A stretch of DNA of 44,872 bases from Candidatus Woesearchaeota archaeon (lineage in GTDB: Archaea > Nanobdellota > Nanobdellia > SCGC-AAA011-G17 > GW2011-AR20): the NCBI GenBank assembly GCA_016181245.1, contig JACOZR010000022.1, positions 1 to 44,872 on the forward strand. The letters are read 5' to 3'. Made by a program: the position numbers and the translations under genes. Below are positions 29,981 to 39,002 of this stretch, in pieces. A model generated the notes under the pieces. It had not been told where the DNA came from and searched no databases. It saw only the letters and a list, made by a program, of their open reading frames with translations. Numbering within the stretch: position 1 is the first letter of the stretch; each line of letters opens with the position of its first letter.

Positions 29981-31909
29981 AGCCTTTCTGTATCCAACAA
30001 GTTTTTCTGAAAAGTCTGGTGTTGGTAATGCAAGTTCCCACCAAAACGTGTTTTCTACAATATGTTCTCTATGTATTGGTACTGCATAATACCCAATTAC
30101 TCTTCCGCTTTTATTTTTTAAAGCAAACTGTAGTGTTTTTGTGGTTGTATCTTCCCCTATGGGTAAACCAAGATTGGAAAAAATTCCATTAACAAAATTA
30201 CCTTGTCTTATCTCTGTTTTGAACCCATCTTCCGGTATTGATACATCACATGCTAGTTTTTCTTGTAGGGATTCATAATCTGGTGTTTCTATGCGTGGGA
30301 GTTCTGCATATCCTCCTAGTTCTAATGATCTTAGCCATACTTTGTCTTTTTGATTTCCAACAATTATTGGGACTCTTTTTCTTGCCAGGCATTTGCCGGG
30401 TTCTAAGTACTCTATTTCTTTTAATGCTGTTATAACGCCTTCTTTATCTGGCTTATCATGAGCGTATATCTCTGCTGCTAAGATATATATTCCATCTTCC
30501 TCTGGGGCTTTCATTTTTACATACGGATACCATCCATATCCTTCACTTCCTATATCATCGTATCTTTCTGCACTAACAGCAAACTCTATTGGTTGATATC
30601 CTTCGAAATATACTTTTCCTTCAAATGTGGGTATTGAACAATGACTTCTGTTAGGCCATGGCTTTTCTTTCACTTTTACATTTACTTCTATACTGTCTCC
30701 TTTGCCTAATGATAGAAACTTTTCTACATCTTTACACAGTTCATATGGATTTCTTTTATATACTTTAAGATTAATATCAACTAAGTTGTTATCAATACCT
30801 AATGTGGATCCGGAAAATTCAGCTTTCACTGGGTATTTTTGTTCTACTATTTTTTCAGTATTTGTTTGTAGATAACTAATCCCTGGAATAGCTAAACTTG
30901 CAGCGAATAAGCCTCCTACTAAAAATCTTTTAAGTCTTGATTTTGTTTTTGAATCTTTCTTTGTTGCTCTGTCAAAATCTTCAACTAATTCATCTATTGA
31001 ATTGTATCTTTCTGCTTCATTTAATGTCAAACATTTTCTGATTAATTGGGAATACTTTCTTGCTTTTCTTGGAATTAATTTTAATCCTCCTTCTAAAGTT
31101 TTGCTATGTTTCCTTTTGTCTATTAATCCCCCACTTAGTATACTCTCTCCTGTTACTGTGCTTTTTCCTTCTCTTTCTAAAAAATCATAACTGAATGGAA
31201 CTTTTCCTGTTAATGCATAGAACATATTCATACCTAGGGCATAAATTTCTGCTTGCTCTGTATATTTAGACTCTTGCCCTGTAAATGTGTCTCCTAATAA
31301 TGGGTCACGAACGAATCTTGCTCCAGCTGTTGGCATAACACTTTCTCTTATCTCTGCTATACTTGAAGAATTTGCTAAATCTGTTATTCTTGTCTCAATA
31401 CTTCCGTTTCTTCTCACTAAAATATTTGGAGGGGTCAGATCTCTGTGAAACAAACCTTTTTCTTTAATTAAATATCTTACTCCAGGTATTACTTGAGAAA
31501 AAACTGTTTCAAATTCTTTTGCCTCTAAAATACCATCTTCTTCTACTGTTCTTCTTAGAGATTTTGAACTAGTAAATTGTGGTTCTACTGACACATATGT
31601 TCCGTCTTGTTCATAAAAATCTGCTAATGGGCTTATACTATGTGCTAATGCTTCATCTATCCCCATTGATAATAAGGCTGAAATTTCATTTCTAGTATCA
31701 CAACCTCTTTCTCTTAACAACGTTCCATTCTGGGTACTTGGGACTTTGTCTACTTTTATGAAGACAGGTCTTCCTTCTCCATCTTTGCCTTGTAAAGCTG
31801 TAAATGTTTGACGCATAGAACCATTTTCCCCTCTAAAAGGTTGAAGTTTTGTGTACTTATTTGAAGGTAAAATTTCTCTAACTATATCTATTAAATTCTC
31901 TTTTTCCAT
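29963..31909 (-). CDS. Membrane-anchored Ser/Thr protein kinase-like protein
   Basis: VFIKV, HRDLTPPNILV, ITDLA, EIYALG..FY.LTGKVPF; central TM helix and extracytoplasmic C-terminal domain. Confidence 0.85.
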   Translation of the reverse strand: MEKENLIDIVREILPSNKYTKLQPFRGENGSMRQTFTALQGKDGEGRPVFIKVDKVPSTQNGTLLRERGCDTRNEISALLSMGIDEALAHSISPLADFYEQDGTYVSVEPQFTSSKSLRRTVEEDGILEAKEFETVFSQVIPGVRYLIKEKGLFHRDLTPPNILVRRNGSIETRITDLANSSSIAEIRESVMPTAGARFVRDPLLGDTFTGQESKYTEQAEIYALGMNMFYALTGKVPFSYDFLEREGKSTVTGESILSGGLIDKRKHSKTLEGGLKLIPRKARKYSQLIRKCLTLNEAERYNSIDELVEDFDRATKKDSKTKSRLKRFLVGGLFAASLAIPGISYLQTNTEKIVEQKYPVKAEFSGSTLGIDNNLVDINLKVYKRNPYELCKDVEKFLSLGKGDSIEVNVKVKEKPWPNRSHCSIPTFEGKVYFEGYQPIEFAVSAERYDDIGSEGYGWYPYVKMKAPEEDGIYILAAEIYAHDKPDKEGVITALKEIEYLEPGKCLARKRVPIIVGNQKDKVWLRSLELGGYAELPRIETPDYESLQEKLACDVSIPEDGFKTEIRQGNFVNGIFSNLGLPIGEDTTTKTLQFALKNKSGRVIGYYAVPIHREHIVENTFWWELALPTPDFSEKLVGYRKALERNN

Positions 31910-32012
31910 GGTGAAAATAGCAAAATTTACTTTATAAACGTTTCTGTTTTGTTATTATTTCTTAGTAGTTAATTATACAAAGGTTTATATACGGGTTTGA
32001 CTACTTAATATT

Positions 32013-32387
32013 ATGAAAAAAGTAGGAAAAGCTTATGGATTTTTTGGATGTAGTGCTTCAAGACAGGAGATTGAGGCAGAGTTATCTTTACCTGCAGTTC
32101 GTAGAAATGTTCCCAAAGAACTGGAGCTTTCTCTGATGGAAGATATGAATCATTTAATGGGGTTAAGTGGCGTAATAAATGTTGATGGCTTACTTCAATT
32201 TGCTAGAAGATTTGATGCACAGTATATGGTGGAAGCAACTTATCCTGATGCAACTAACGAGAAAACATCTGGAGAATTGCAAGCGCTCTTAATTAACTTA
32301 TCTAATTCGCTTTTCTGTCACACACCGGAGCATATACAAGGAAAAGTTGTTTATGAAGTAGGTGGTCGGTATGTTATTAAAGAATAA
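32013..32387 (+). CDS. Hypothetical protein
   Basis: 124-aa ORF with a TTTATA box about 25 nt upstream. Confidence 0.6.
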   Translation: MKKVGKAYGFFGCSASRQEIEAELSLPAVRRNVPKELELSLMEDMNHLMGLSGVINVDGLLQFARRFDAQYMVEATYPDATNEKTSGELQALLINLSNSLFCHTPEHIQGKVVYEVGGRYVIKE

Positions 32388-32394
32388 ATAGTAA

Positions 32395-34278
32395 TCATCT
32401 AATTCTTATAACTTCTAAATTTTTAGGAGCAACGGTTTCAATTCTTTCTAACTTGTGGATTGTAGAAGCCAAGTCTAAACATTTTGAACTTTCTCCATGT
32501 ACAAGAATTATTTTCTTAGGCTTAGGATCTAATCTATGAACAAAATTTAACAACTGCTTTCTGGAACTATGACCTGAGAATCCAGACAATGTATGAATTG
32601 ACATGTTAACTGGAACTACGTTGTTTGTATCAAAAGTAATTTCTTTTTCTCCATTTTGGATTCTTCTTCCAATGCTACCTGGACCTTGATAAGAAACAAG
32701 AACTATGGAGTTTCTTTCATCAGAAGCCAATTCTTTAAAGTATTCAACTGAGGCTCCTGCATTCAACATTCCTGATGTTGCCAGGATAACACAAGGACCA
32801 CCTTCTAAAACTTCTTTCATTTCTTTTTGACCTGCTATATGTTTGAAAACATCACTTAAAAATGGATTTTGATCTCTGTGGAAAATTAATTTCTTTACTA
32901 TGTTATTAAAATAATCGGGATATGCTGTGTGAATTGCAGTTATATCCCAAACTAAACCTTGGACATAGATTGGAACTTTTTCCATTTGTCCTGAGCGTAT
33001 TAATTTTTCAATAATGACCATAACTTCCTGAGCCCTTCCAACTCCTAGGACAGGAATTAAAACTTTTCCTTTTCTTTCTACTGTTTCTTTTACTATTTTT
33101 ACGAGTTCTTCTTCAGATTCTTTTCTTGCTGGAGGATTGTCATCTTTGCCTCCGTAAGTTGCTTCTATCATTACTGTTTCTAATCTCGGGAATCTTGTAT
33201 TTGCAGAAGACAATAAATTTGAAGTTTCATAATTTAAATCTCCACAATATAGTAGGTTATGCAAACCGTTACCAATATGCAAATGAACTAGTGAACTACC
33301 TAAAACGTGGCCGGCATTGTAAAATGTTAAACGAACATCTGGTGTAACATCTGTAACTTCTTCATAATTTAAAGTAATGGAATGTTTTACCATTTCTTTA
33401 ATGTCAGTACTAGAATAAATTGATTTTTTATTTTCTTTATTTGCGATTCCTATGTAATCTAAACACAATAAAGCAGCTATGTCTCTTGTTGGTTCTGTGC
33501 AGTAAATCGGACCTTTATATCCCATCTTGTATAAATAGGGGATTAATGCTGCATGATCTGTATGCGGATGAGACAAGATAATTGCATCCAATTCTTCAAT
33601 ATCAAATTCTGGGGCGTCTAAATATGGAAATGGCTCTTTATCATTTGAAACATCAACTCCACAATCTAATAAAATTCTTGATTCTGGGGTTTGCAATAAG
33701 AAACATGATCTTCCCACTTGTCTTGCTGCGCCTAGGAAACTAAGTCTTACCCACTCATCTTTTTTCTCCCTTATCCAGCCATCATAAATTCTATGACCTA
33801 CTTTGTCTAAGAATTTTTTCCTATAGTCATCATTTTCAAATAGAACCTTTCTTATTTTTTCTATTATTATTGATCTAATTGCTGGTTTTCTTTTTACAAT
33901 TGGAACCCAGAATGTCTTTTCTTTTATTGACTTTAGTACTTCACCGCCCTTGCCAATTGCAATGCCTGGCTTTTCAGCTTCAATTACTACAATTGACCTT
34001 TGATGATCAAAATTTATTTCAATCTCTCCAGCTTCAGAAGGTATTTCTTTTCTAATAATTTCTTCTGCTTTTTCTTCATCTAAAATAATAGAAGGATCGG
34101 GTCTTAATTCTACTCTTTTTTTTATTTTGTCAACTATTTCTTTAAGAGTTCCATTGTTGTTTAAGAAAAATTCTTTATTCTTAGTATACAGAACAATGTT
34201 TGCTCCTTCAAATCCTGAATCAGAAATGTCTGCTGATTCCGGGACATCTTTTAGTACTTCTTTTAATATATTTACCAT
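32395..34278 (-). CDS. Beta-CASP ribonuclease aCPSF1 (FttA)
   Basis: N-terminal KH domains, LGAARQVGRS, SHPHTDH, AGHVLGS, GFSGHS and VHGE motifs; adjacent to psmB. Confidence 0.96.
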   Translation of the reverse strand: MVNILKEVLKDVPESADISDSGFEGANIVLYTKNKEFFLNNNGTLKEIVDKIKKRVELRPDPSIILDEEKAEEIIRKEIPSEAGEIEINFDHQRSIVVIEAEKPGIAIGKGGEVLKSIKEKTFWVPIVKRKPAIRSIIIEKIRKVLFENDDYRKKFLDKVGHRIYDGWIREKKDEWVRLSFLGAARQVGRSCFLLQTPESRILLDCGVDVSNDKEPFPYLDAPEFDIEELDAIILSHPHTDHAALIPYLYKMGYKGPIYCTEPTRDIAALLCLDYIGIANKENKKSIYSSTDIKEMVKHSITLNYEEVTDVTPDVRLTFYNAGHVLGSSLVHLHIGNGLHNLLYCGDLNYETSNLLSSANTRFPRLETVMIEATYGGKDDNPPARKESEEELVKIVKETVERKGKVLIPVLGVGRAQEVMVIIEKLIRSGQMEKVPIYVQGLVWDITAIHTAYPDYFNNIVKKLIFHRDQNPFLSDVFKHIAGQKEMKEVLEGGPCVILATSGMLNAGASVEYFKELASDERNSIVLVSYQGPGSIGRRIQNGEKEITFDTNNVVPVNMSIHTLSGFSGHSSRKQLLNFVHRLDPKPKKIILVHGESSKCLDLASTIHKLERIETVAPKNLEVIRIR

Positions 34279-34307
34279 TTATCGAAAACTTGAAATTTTA
34301 AAGAAAA

Positions 34308-34958
34308 TTATTCTAACGAAATTCTTGCTTCTTTCTCCATTAAGGGTTGAACTCCTGCTTCTGTTATGGTTACAATATCAATACCATCTCCTGAAGCCAT
34401 ATCTCTTTGCACTGCTGCATTAACCGCTTTCTTTGCTAGTTCTATACCTTCTTTCATTGACATATTTGGAGTATACAAAGCTTCTAGAACACCTATTGCA
34501 GTTATACTTCCAGAGCCTGATGAGGCATAGTCTGTATATTTTGTTATTGAACCATCAATTCCTAAGTCAAATAAATGAAATCCTTTTTGATCAACCCCGC
34601 CTAGTATGAACCCAACTATTCCTGGAACCATGCTTGGTCTTCTTATATTTGAGTATAATAAATTCCCCAGTAAGTTAGCTACTTCTGCTACATAAAGATT
34701 TTTTCCTCTTCTTAAGGAATCTAACCTAACTTGAGCTCTTATTATTCTTGTTAACAATTGAGCATCTGAAACTAATCCTGCATGGGTTATTGCAATATTA
34801 TCACTAATTTTAGCTATTTTTCTTTGTCTTTTATTAACTATCATATACCCTGCACTTGTCCTTTTATCTGCAGCGAATACAATACCATCTTTACAGATAA
34901 TTCCTAATGTTGTTGTTCCTGTTTTTACAACCTCTTTGTTTACTGAATCTGTTCTCAT
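34308..34958 (-). CDS. psmB: Proteasome beta subunit
   Basis: KTG/TTTLG propeptide site, AADKR, SSGSGS and RDMASGDG motifs. Confidence 0.97.
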   Translation of the reverse strand: MRTDSVNKEVVKTGTTTLGIICKDGIVFAADKRTSAGYMIVNKRQRKIAKISDNIAITHAGLVSDAQLLTRIIRAQVRLDSLRRGKNLYVAEVANLLGNLLYSNIRRPSMVPGIVGFILGGVDQKGFHLFDLGIDGSITKYTDYASSGSGSITAIGVLEALYTPNMSMKEGIELAKKAVNAAVQRDMASGDGIDIVTITEAGVQPLMEKEARISLE

Positions 34959-35086
34959 ATTATTTTCCCTCTCTAAGTTGGAAGAATTAATCTTATTTTT
35001 TAGTTACTTCTTAGTTTTATTTAAAGCTTTTGGTTTCAAAATTTTGTTACGAAAGCCTTTTAAGAATTTTTACTCTTATAGTTTAA

Positions 35087-35953
35087 ATGGGTGAATTTAG
35101 AAATTTAAGGTCTCTTGATGCACTGGGGATTATCCATTTAGGATATGATCCAGATAAAGTAGACTTTGTACCTGGAGAAACGCCTCACGAGTTTGTTCCA
35201 AGAAACATATTTAACAAACCCGGAGATTTTGCTTTAGTTCATAGTTATGGTTCTTGGGTTTACATAGAAGAACGAAATGAGAATGAGTTAATGAACTTGA
35301 CTCAGTTAGTCTTACCTAATACTACGATTGTTAGATCTTATGAACAAACCGTTAATGTCTTTACTATTGAAACTTTAAATGATAGCGAGGGAAGACCAGG
35401 ATATTCATTTAGATCTGGTAATATTGAAATGACTGGGCAAGATATTCCCGGAATAACAGGATATGCATTAAATGTGGGTAATAAAATAATCAAAGTATTG
35501 TTTAATGTGGATATATCTTCTCCTTTTAATGGGGTCCATCACACATTAATTGTTCCGATGCTACCTTTTAAGCAGAGAGATTTAAAATTTTGGCAAAAGC
35601 TTTCAGAGACGTATGGCCTTGAATTATCTGAAGGAACGAAAGGAAAAAATGGTATGGTTACTTATCATGCTTCTAGAGAAGGATTGTTAGAAATAGAACT
35701 CTCATCTATTCCTGTATATTCTGACCATCAGGGAGGATTAAATATATTTTTAAGACTTACAAGACCAGTTGATGGAAAAGTACTAATTGGATTAAACCCT
35801 CTATCCTCTTTTGGTTCAGTCCATCTTGAAGGGCAGCTTCCTAAAAAAGGTTTAATTGGATCAAATATCTCTATTGATGCACCTAGAAGGGAGAGTTTTA
35901 TTATACCAAGAGTTCTTGAAAGGATTTTACATGAAGAAGAGCCAAACTCATGA
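35087..35953 (+). CDS. Hypothetical protein
   Basis: 288-aa ORF; no motif recognised. Confidence 0.65.
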   Translation: MGEFRNLRSLDALGIIHLGYDPDKVDFVPGETPHEFVPRNIFNKPGDFALVHSYGSWVYIEERNENELMNLTQLVLPNTTIVRSYEQTVNVFTIETLNDSEGRPGYSFRSGNIEMTGQDIPGITGYALNVGNKIIKVLFNVDISSPFNGVHHTLIVPMLPFKQRDLKFWQKLSETYGLELSEGTKGKNGMVTYHASREGLLEIELSSIPVYSDHQGGLNIFLRLTRPVDGKVLIGLNPLSSFGSVHLEGQLPKKGLIGSNISIDAPRRESFIIPRVLERILHEEEPNS

Positions 35954-36018
35954 TGTTATTCATAAACCTCTGGGCAACTAAAACCATAATCTTATAAAGA
36001 TTGTCTTTTGTTTTTTAA

Positions 36019-36384
36019 ATGATGTATACTATAGTTTTAGATACAAATTTTTTGATTACAGCTCTAAAGTTTAAGATAGATGTATTTGGGGAAATTGAAA
36101 AAATATGCATTTTTGACTATAATATCTCTGTTTTAGATAAAACTCTAACTGAATTAAAGGGAAAACCTAATGAAAAGCTTGTAAAAGCGTTATTAAATAA
36201 AAAAAAGGTTAATATTATAAAAACAAATACAAAAGACTATGTTGATGATATCTTAGCAAAATTAGATAAAAGTTTTATAATAGCTACACAAGACATAGAT
36301 TTAAAAAGGAGATTAGAAACTAAAAAACTGCCCATAATCTTTATAAGGCAGAAAAAATATTTGGAATTGAAAAATGTTTTATGA
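36019..36384 (+). CDS. PIN-domain protein (Fcf1/Utp24-like)
   Basis: VLDTNFL, VDD and IATQDIDLKRR motifs; conserved position before rpoE1. Confidence 0.9.
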   Translation: MMYTIVLDTNFLITALKFKIDVFGEIEKICIFDYNISVLDKTLTELKGKPNEKLVKALLNKKKVNIIKTNTKDYVDDILAKLDKSFIIATQDIDLKRRLETKKLPIIFIRQKKYLELKNVL

Positions 36385-36937
36385 AGTAACTTTGAGAAGC
36401 CATATAAGAGTACCTCCGCACCTATTTGGGGATGATACTGGAGATTCTATATTGAAGAGATTAAGAGAACAATTTAATAATATGGTTTCTAAAGATTTTG
36501 GAATTGTTATTGCAATTTCTGATATTGTAAATGTTGGAGAAGGAGTTATAATCCCTGGAGATGGAGCAGCTTATTATGATACTACATTTAAAGTTTTAGC
36601 TTTTAAGCCTGAATTACAGGAAGTTGTTTTAGGTACAATTACTGATATTACTGATTTTGGCGCTTTTATTGATATTGGACCAGCAGATGGAATGATACAT
36701 ATTAGCCAGACAATGGATGATTTTGTTAATTTCAGCAAGACTAATGTTTTAACAGGAAAAGAATCTAAAAGAACTTTGAAAGTCAAGGATTCATGCAGAG
36801 CAAGAATAATTGCAATAAGCTATAAAAATGTTAATGAACCGAAAATTGGATTGACTATGAGGCAGCCAAGATTTGGTAAATTAGAAGATATTGAAAAAGA
36901 AGTTAAAGATGCTAAGGGAGAAGATAAGAAAAAATGA
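36374..36937 (+). CDS. rpoE1: RNA polymerase subunit E' (Rpo7)
   Basis: IRVPP, GDGAAY, FGAFIDIGPADGMIHISQ and IGLTMRQP motifs. Confidence 0.97.
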   Translation: MFYEVTLRSHIRVPPHLFGDDTGDSILKRLREQFNNMVSKDFGIVIAISDIVNVGEGVIIPGDGAAYYDTTFKVLAFKPELQEVVLGTITDITDFGAFIDIGPADGMIHISQTMDDFVNFSKTNVLTGKESKRTLKVKDSCRARIIAISYKNVNEPKIGLTMRQPRFGKLEDIEKEVKDAKGEDKKK

Positions 36938-37191
36938 CTGGGTGGACTACATATGGAAATGGAATTAGAACTAGGGCTGTAGATGAATTTATAGTATGGG
37001 CACAAACATTAAGAATGAGACAAGACACGGATAGTAATGTTATTTATTTTGATGAGACTCTTTCTTTAATAGAGAACTACACGAGATTTTTATGCAGGGA
37101 TGAAGATATGAACCCTAAAGAGTTAACACTAGAACAAAGAGCCCAGTTAGAAAGATTAAGAACTGGGATGATTCATCTTTTGGGAGGGTAA
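36934..37191 (+). CDS. Hypothetical protein inserted between rpoE1 and spt4
   Basis: 85 aa; ATGA overlap with rpoE1. Confidence 0.6.
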   Translation: MTGWTTYGNGIRTRAVDEFIVWAQTLRMRQDTDSNVIYFDETLSLIENYTRFLCRDEDMNPKELTLEQRAQLERLRTGMIHLLGG

Positions 37192-37204
37192 AGAATAAAT
37201 AAAA

Positions 37205-37387
37205 ATGGCAAGAAAAGTATGCAAGAAGTGCAAAATTTTTGTTGAAAAGGATAAATGTCCTATTTGTGGAAGTAATCAGTTTAATGATACTTGGAAAGGA
37301 AGGATAACTATTTTAAAGCATGATAAATCTGAGGTTGCTAGTAAAATGGGTATTGCTGTTAATGGAGAATATGTTATAAAACTATGA
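37205..37387 (+). CDS. spt4: Transcription elongation factor Spt4 (RpoE'')
   Basis: CKKC..CPICGS, WKG and SEVA.KMGI..GEY motifs. Confidence 0.95.
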   Translation: MARKVCKKCKIFVEKDKCPICGSNQFNDTWKGRITILKHDKSEVASKMGIAVNGEYVIKL

Positions 37388-37683
37388 AAATCGTTCAAAA
37401 AATAAATCATCCTTTATTGAAGAGAGAACAAATAACTTTTGAAATAGAACATGCAGGATCAAAAACACCTAAGAGTGATGAGATTTTACAAAAAATTGCT
37501 GAAGCTACTAAGGCTTCTAAAGAGCTCATCAAAATTAAGAATATTGTTCCTGGATATGGTGTTACAAAAGCTAAGGTTATAGCTAATATTTACAAAGATG
37601 AGAATGCTTTCAAACATATAGAAATAATCAAGAAGAAAGCTAAGAAGAAAGAAGATGGCAAAAAAGAAGCAAGTAAAGAATAA
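37384..37683 (+). CDS. rps24e: 30S ribosomal protein S24e
   Basis: NHPLLKREQ, TP, GYG and A.IY motifs; conserved gene order. Confidence 0.92.
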   Translation: MKIVQKINHPLLKREQITFEIEHAGSKTPKSDEILQKIAEATKASKELIKIKNIVPGYGVTKAKVIANIYKDENAFKHIEIIKKKAKKKEDGKKEASKE

Positions 37684-37834
37684 AAAACCAAGTACTAAGT
37701 GGACTAAATTTAAATTAATAGATGGAAAAATAACAAGAGCTAGAAATTGTCCTAAGTGTGGACCTGGAGTATTTTTTGCAGAACATAAAGATAGATTATA
37801 TTGTGGGCATTGTCATTATCTAGAAATTAAATAA
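37655..37834 (+). CDS. rps27ae: 30S ribosomal protein S27ae, 59 aa (not in ORF track)
   Basis: MAKKKQVKNKK...CPKCGPGVFFAEHKDRLYCGHCHY. Confidence 0.95.
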   Translation: MAKKKQVKNKKPSTKWTKFKLIDGKITRARNCPKCGPGVFFAEHKDRLYCGHCHYLEIK

Positions 37835-37847
37835 ATTCTTTTTAAAA

Positions 37848-38255
37848 ATGGCAGATTTAAGGGAAATTTTAATTAAGTTTATTAGGACTAATGGTTTAGA
37901 AGCTAGAGCTGATTTTCAAATGGGCAAAAAGCCAAGAAAAGTTTATTCTTGGTTTGATGGTTCTATTAAAACTGAAAAACAGGTTAAAGCAACACCCGAA
38001 TTTGAGGGTTTTTTGGATGGATATCAAGGACGTCCTAATCTGTATGAGGGAAGTGGAGTACTTTCAGGAAGAAGAGCGTATTTTATTCAAGAACTAGTAA
38101 ACTCTGCTGAGACGATGGTTGCAGCTATTGGTGGTGTACAAGATGCAGGACTAAGTGCTAAGATAAGAGAAGCAGCTGGAGAAGCGATGCAAGAAACTCC
38201 TTTAGAAAGATATAATGAACAGTATAAACTAGGATTATTTTCTTCTAGAAAATAA
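37848..38255 (+). CDS. Hypothetical protein
   Basis: 135-aa ORF; no motif recognised. Confidence 0.6.
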   Translation: MADLREILIKFIRTNGLEARADFQMGKKPRKVYSWFDGSIKTEKQVKATPEFEGFLDGYQGRPNLYEGSGVLSGRRAYFIQELVNSAETMVAAIGGVQDAGLSAKIREAAGEAMQETPLERYNEQYKLGLFSSRK

Positions 38256-38257
38256 TT

Positions 38258-38312
38258 TTAAAACCCACAAGGTCAGCCCGAGAGCCAACCCCATGGGAAA
38301 AAGAGGTGATAT
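38258..38312 (-). ncRNA. Candidate small RNA: anti-SD-like 5' segment, 15-bp hairpin and U tract
   Basis: Minus strand AUCACCUCUUUUU-CCCAUGGGGUUGGCU(CUCG)GGCUGACCUUGUGGG-UUUU, downstream of an AAAAG-TTTATATA promoter-like element at about 38333-38345. Confidence 0.5.
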
Positions 38313-38409
38313 AATATAGGGATACCAACATATATATAAACTTTTCTATTGTTTTTATTTTAAAGTAGTTACACAATAGCCTTTTTAACTTCTTTGCTTT
38401 TATTAGCCT

Positions 38410-38958
38410 ATGCCTACAAGTGAAAAGGAAATTGGAAGGATTATTCTTTTTAAGATTGCTACAGAATTGCTAGATTTTGACTTTATAGGAAAAGTTATGC
38501 ATAGGTCTCTTGAATTTAAATATCCTGAATCTGCTTCTCTTTATGTTAGAAATGTAACTGAAGGTTATATGTATGGTTCTAATGGAAATAGTGCTAGAAC
38601 TTTGAGCAAAACAAGAAGTTTGCATAGACTTTCGACATTAGTTTATGCTTTAGGGATTCCAGAACGAGAGGGATTTATTGGGTTTATTAGAAGTGTAGAT
38701 GCAGATTTTATTTATCCTCCTAATACCAACATAGAGTTTGGTATACTTCCCTTAATGGGTAGAACCTTGCCAGACAAGATTAAATCACTTGAGGAAAATG
38801 TAAGTGAAAGAGTTTCTTTATGTTGTGATGAGATAAGGACACTTTTAGAAGAGGCAAAAAAACCAAACAAGACACCATGGATTTATCATTCTTCGCTACA
38901 AGCCTATGGCGAGTGTTTAGAAATTTTAGAGAGGCATTTTTCGGAAGCAAAAAAATAA
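38410..38958 (+). CDS. Hypothetical protein
   Basis: 182-aa ORF; no motif recognised. Confidence 0.6.
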   Translation: MPTSEKEIGRIILFKIATELLDFDFIGKVMHRSLEFKYPESASLYVRNVTEGYMYGSNGNSARTLSKTRSLHRLSTLVYALGIPEREGFIGFIRSVDADFIYPPNTNIEFGILPLMGRTLPDKIKSLEENVSERVSLCCDEIRTLLEEAKKPNKTPWIYHSSLQAYGECLEILERHFSEAKK

Positions 38959-39002
38959 TTTTTTAAAAAGATTTAAAAAGACTTTACATTTCCAATACTT
39001 AA

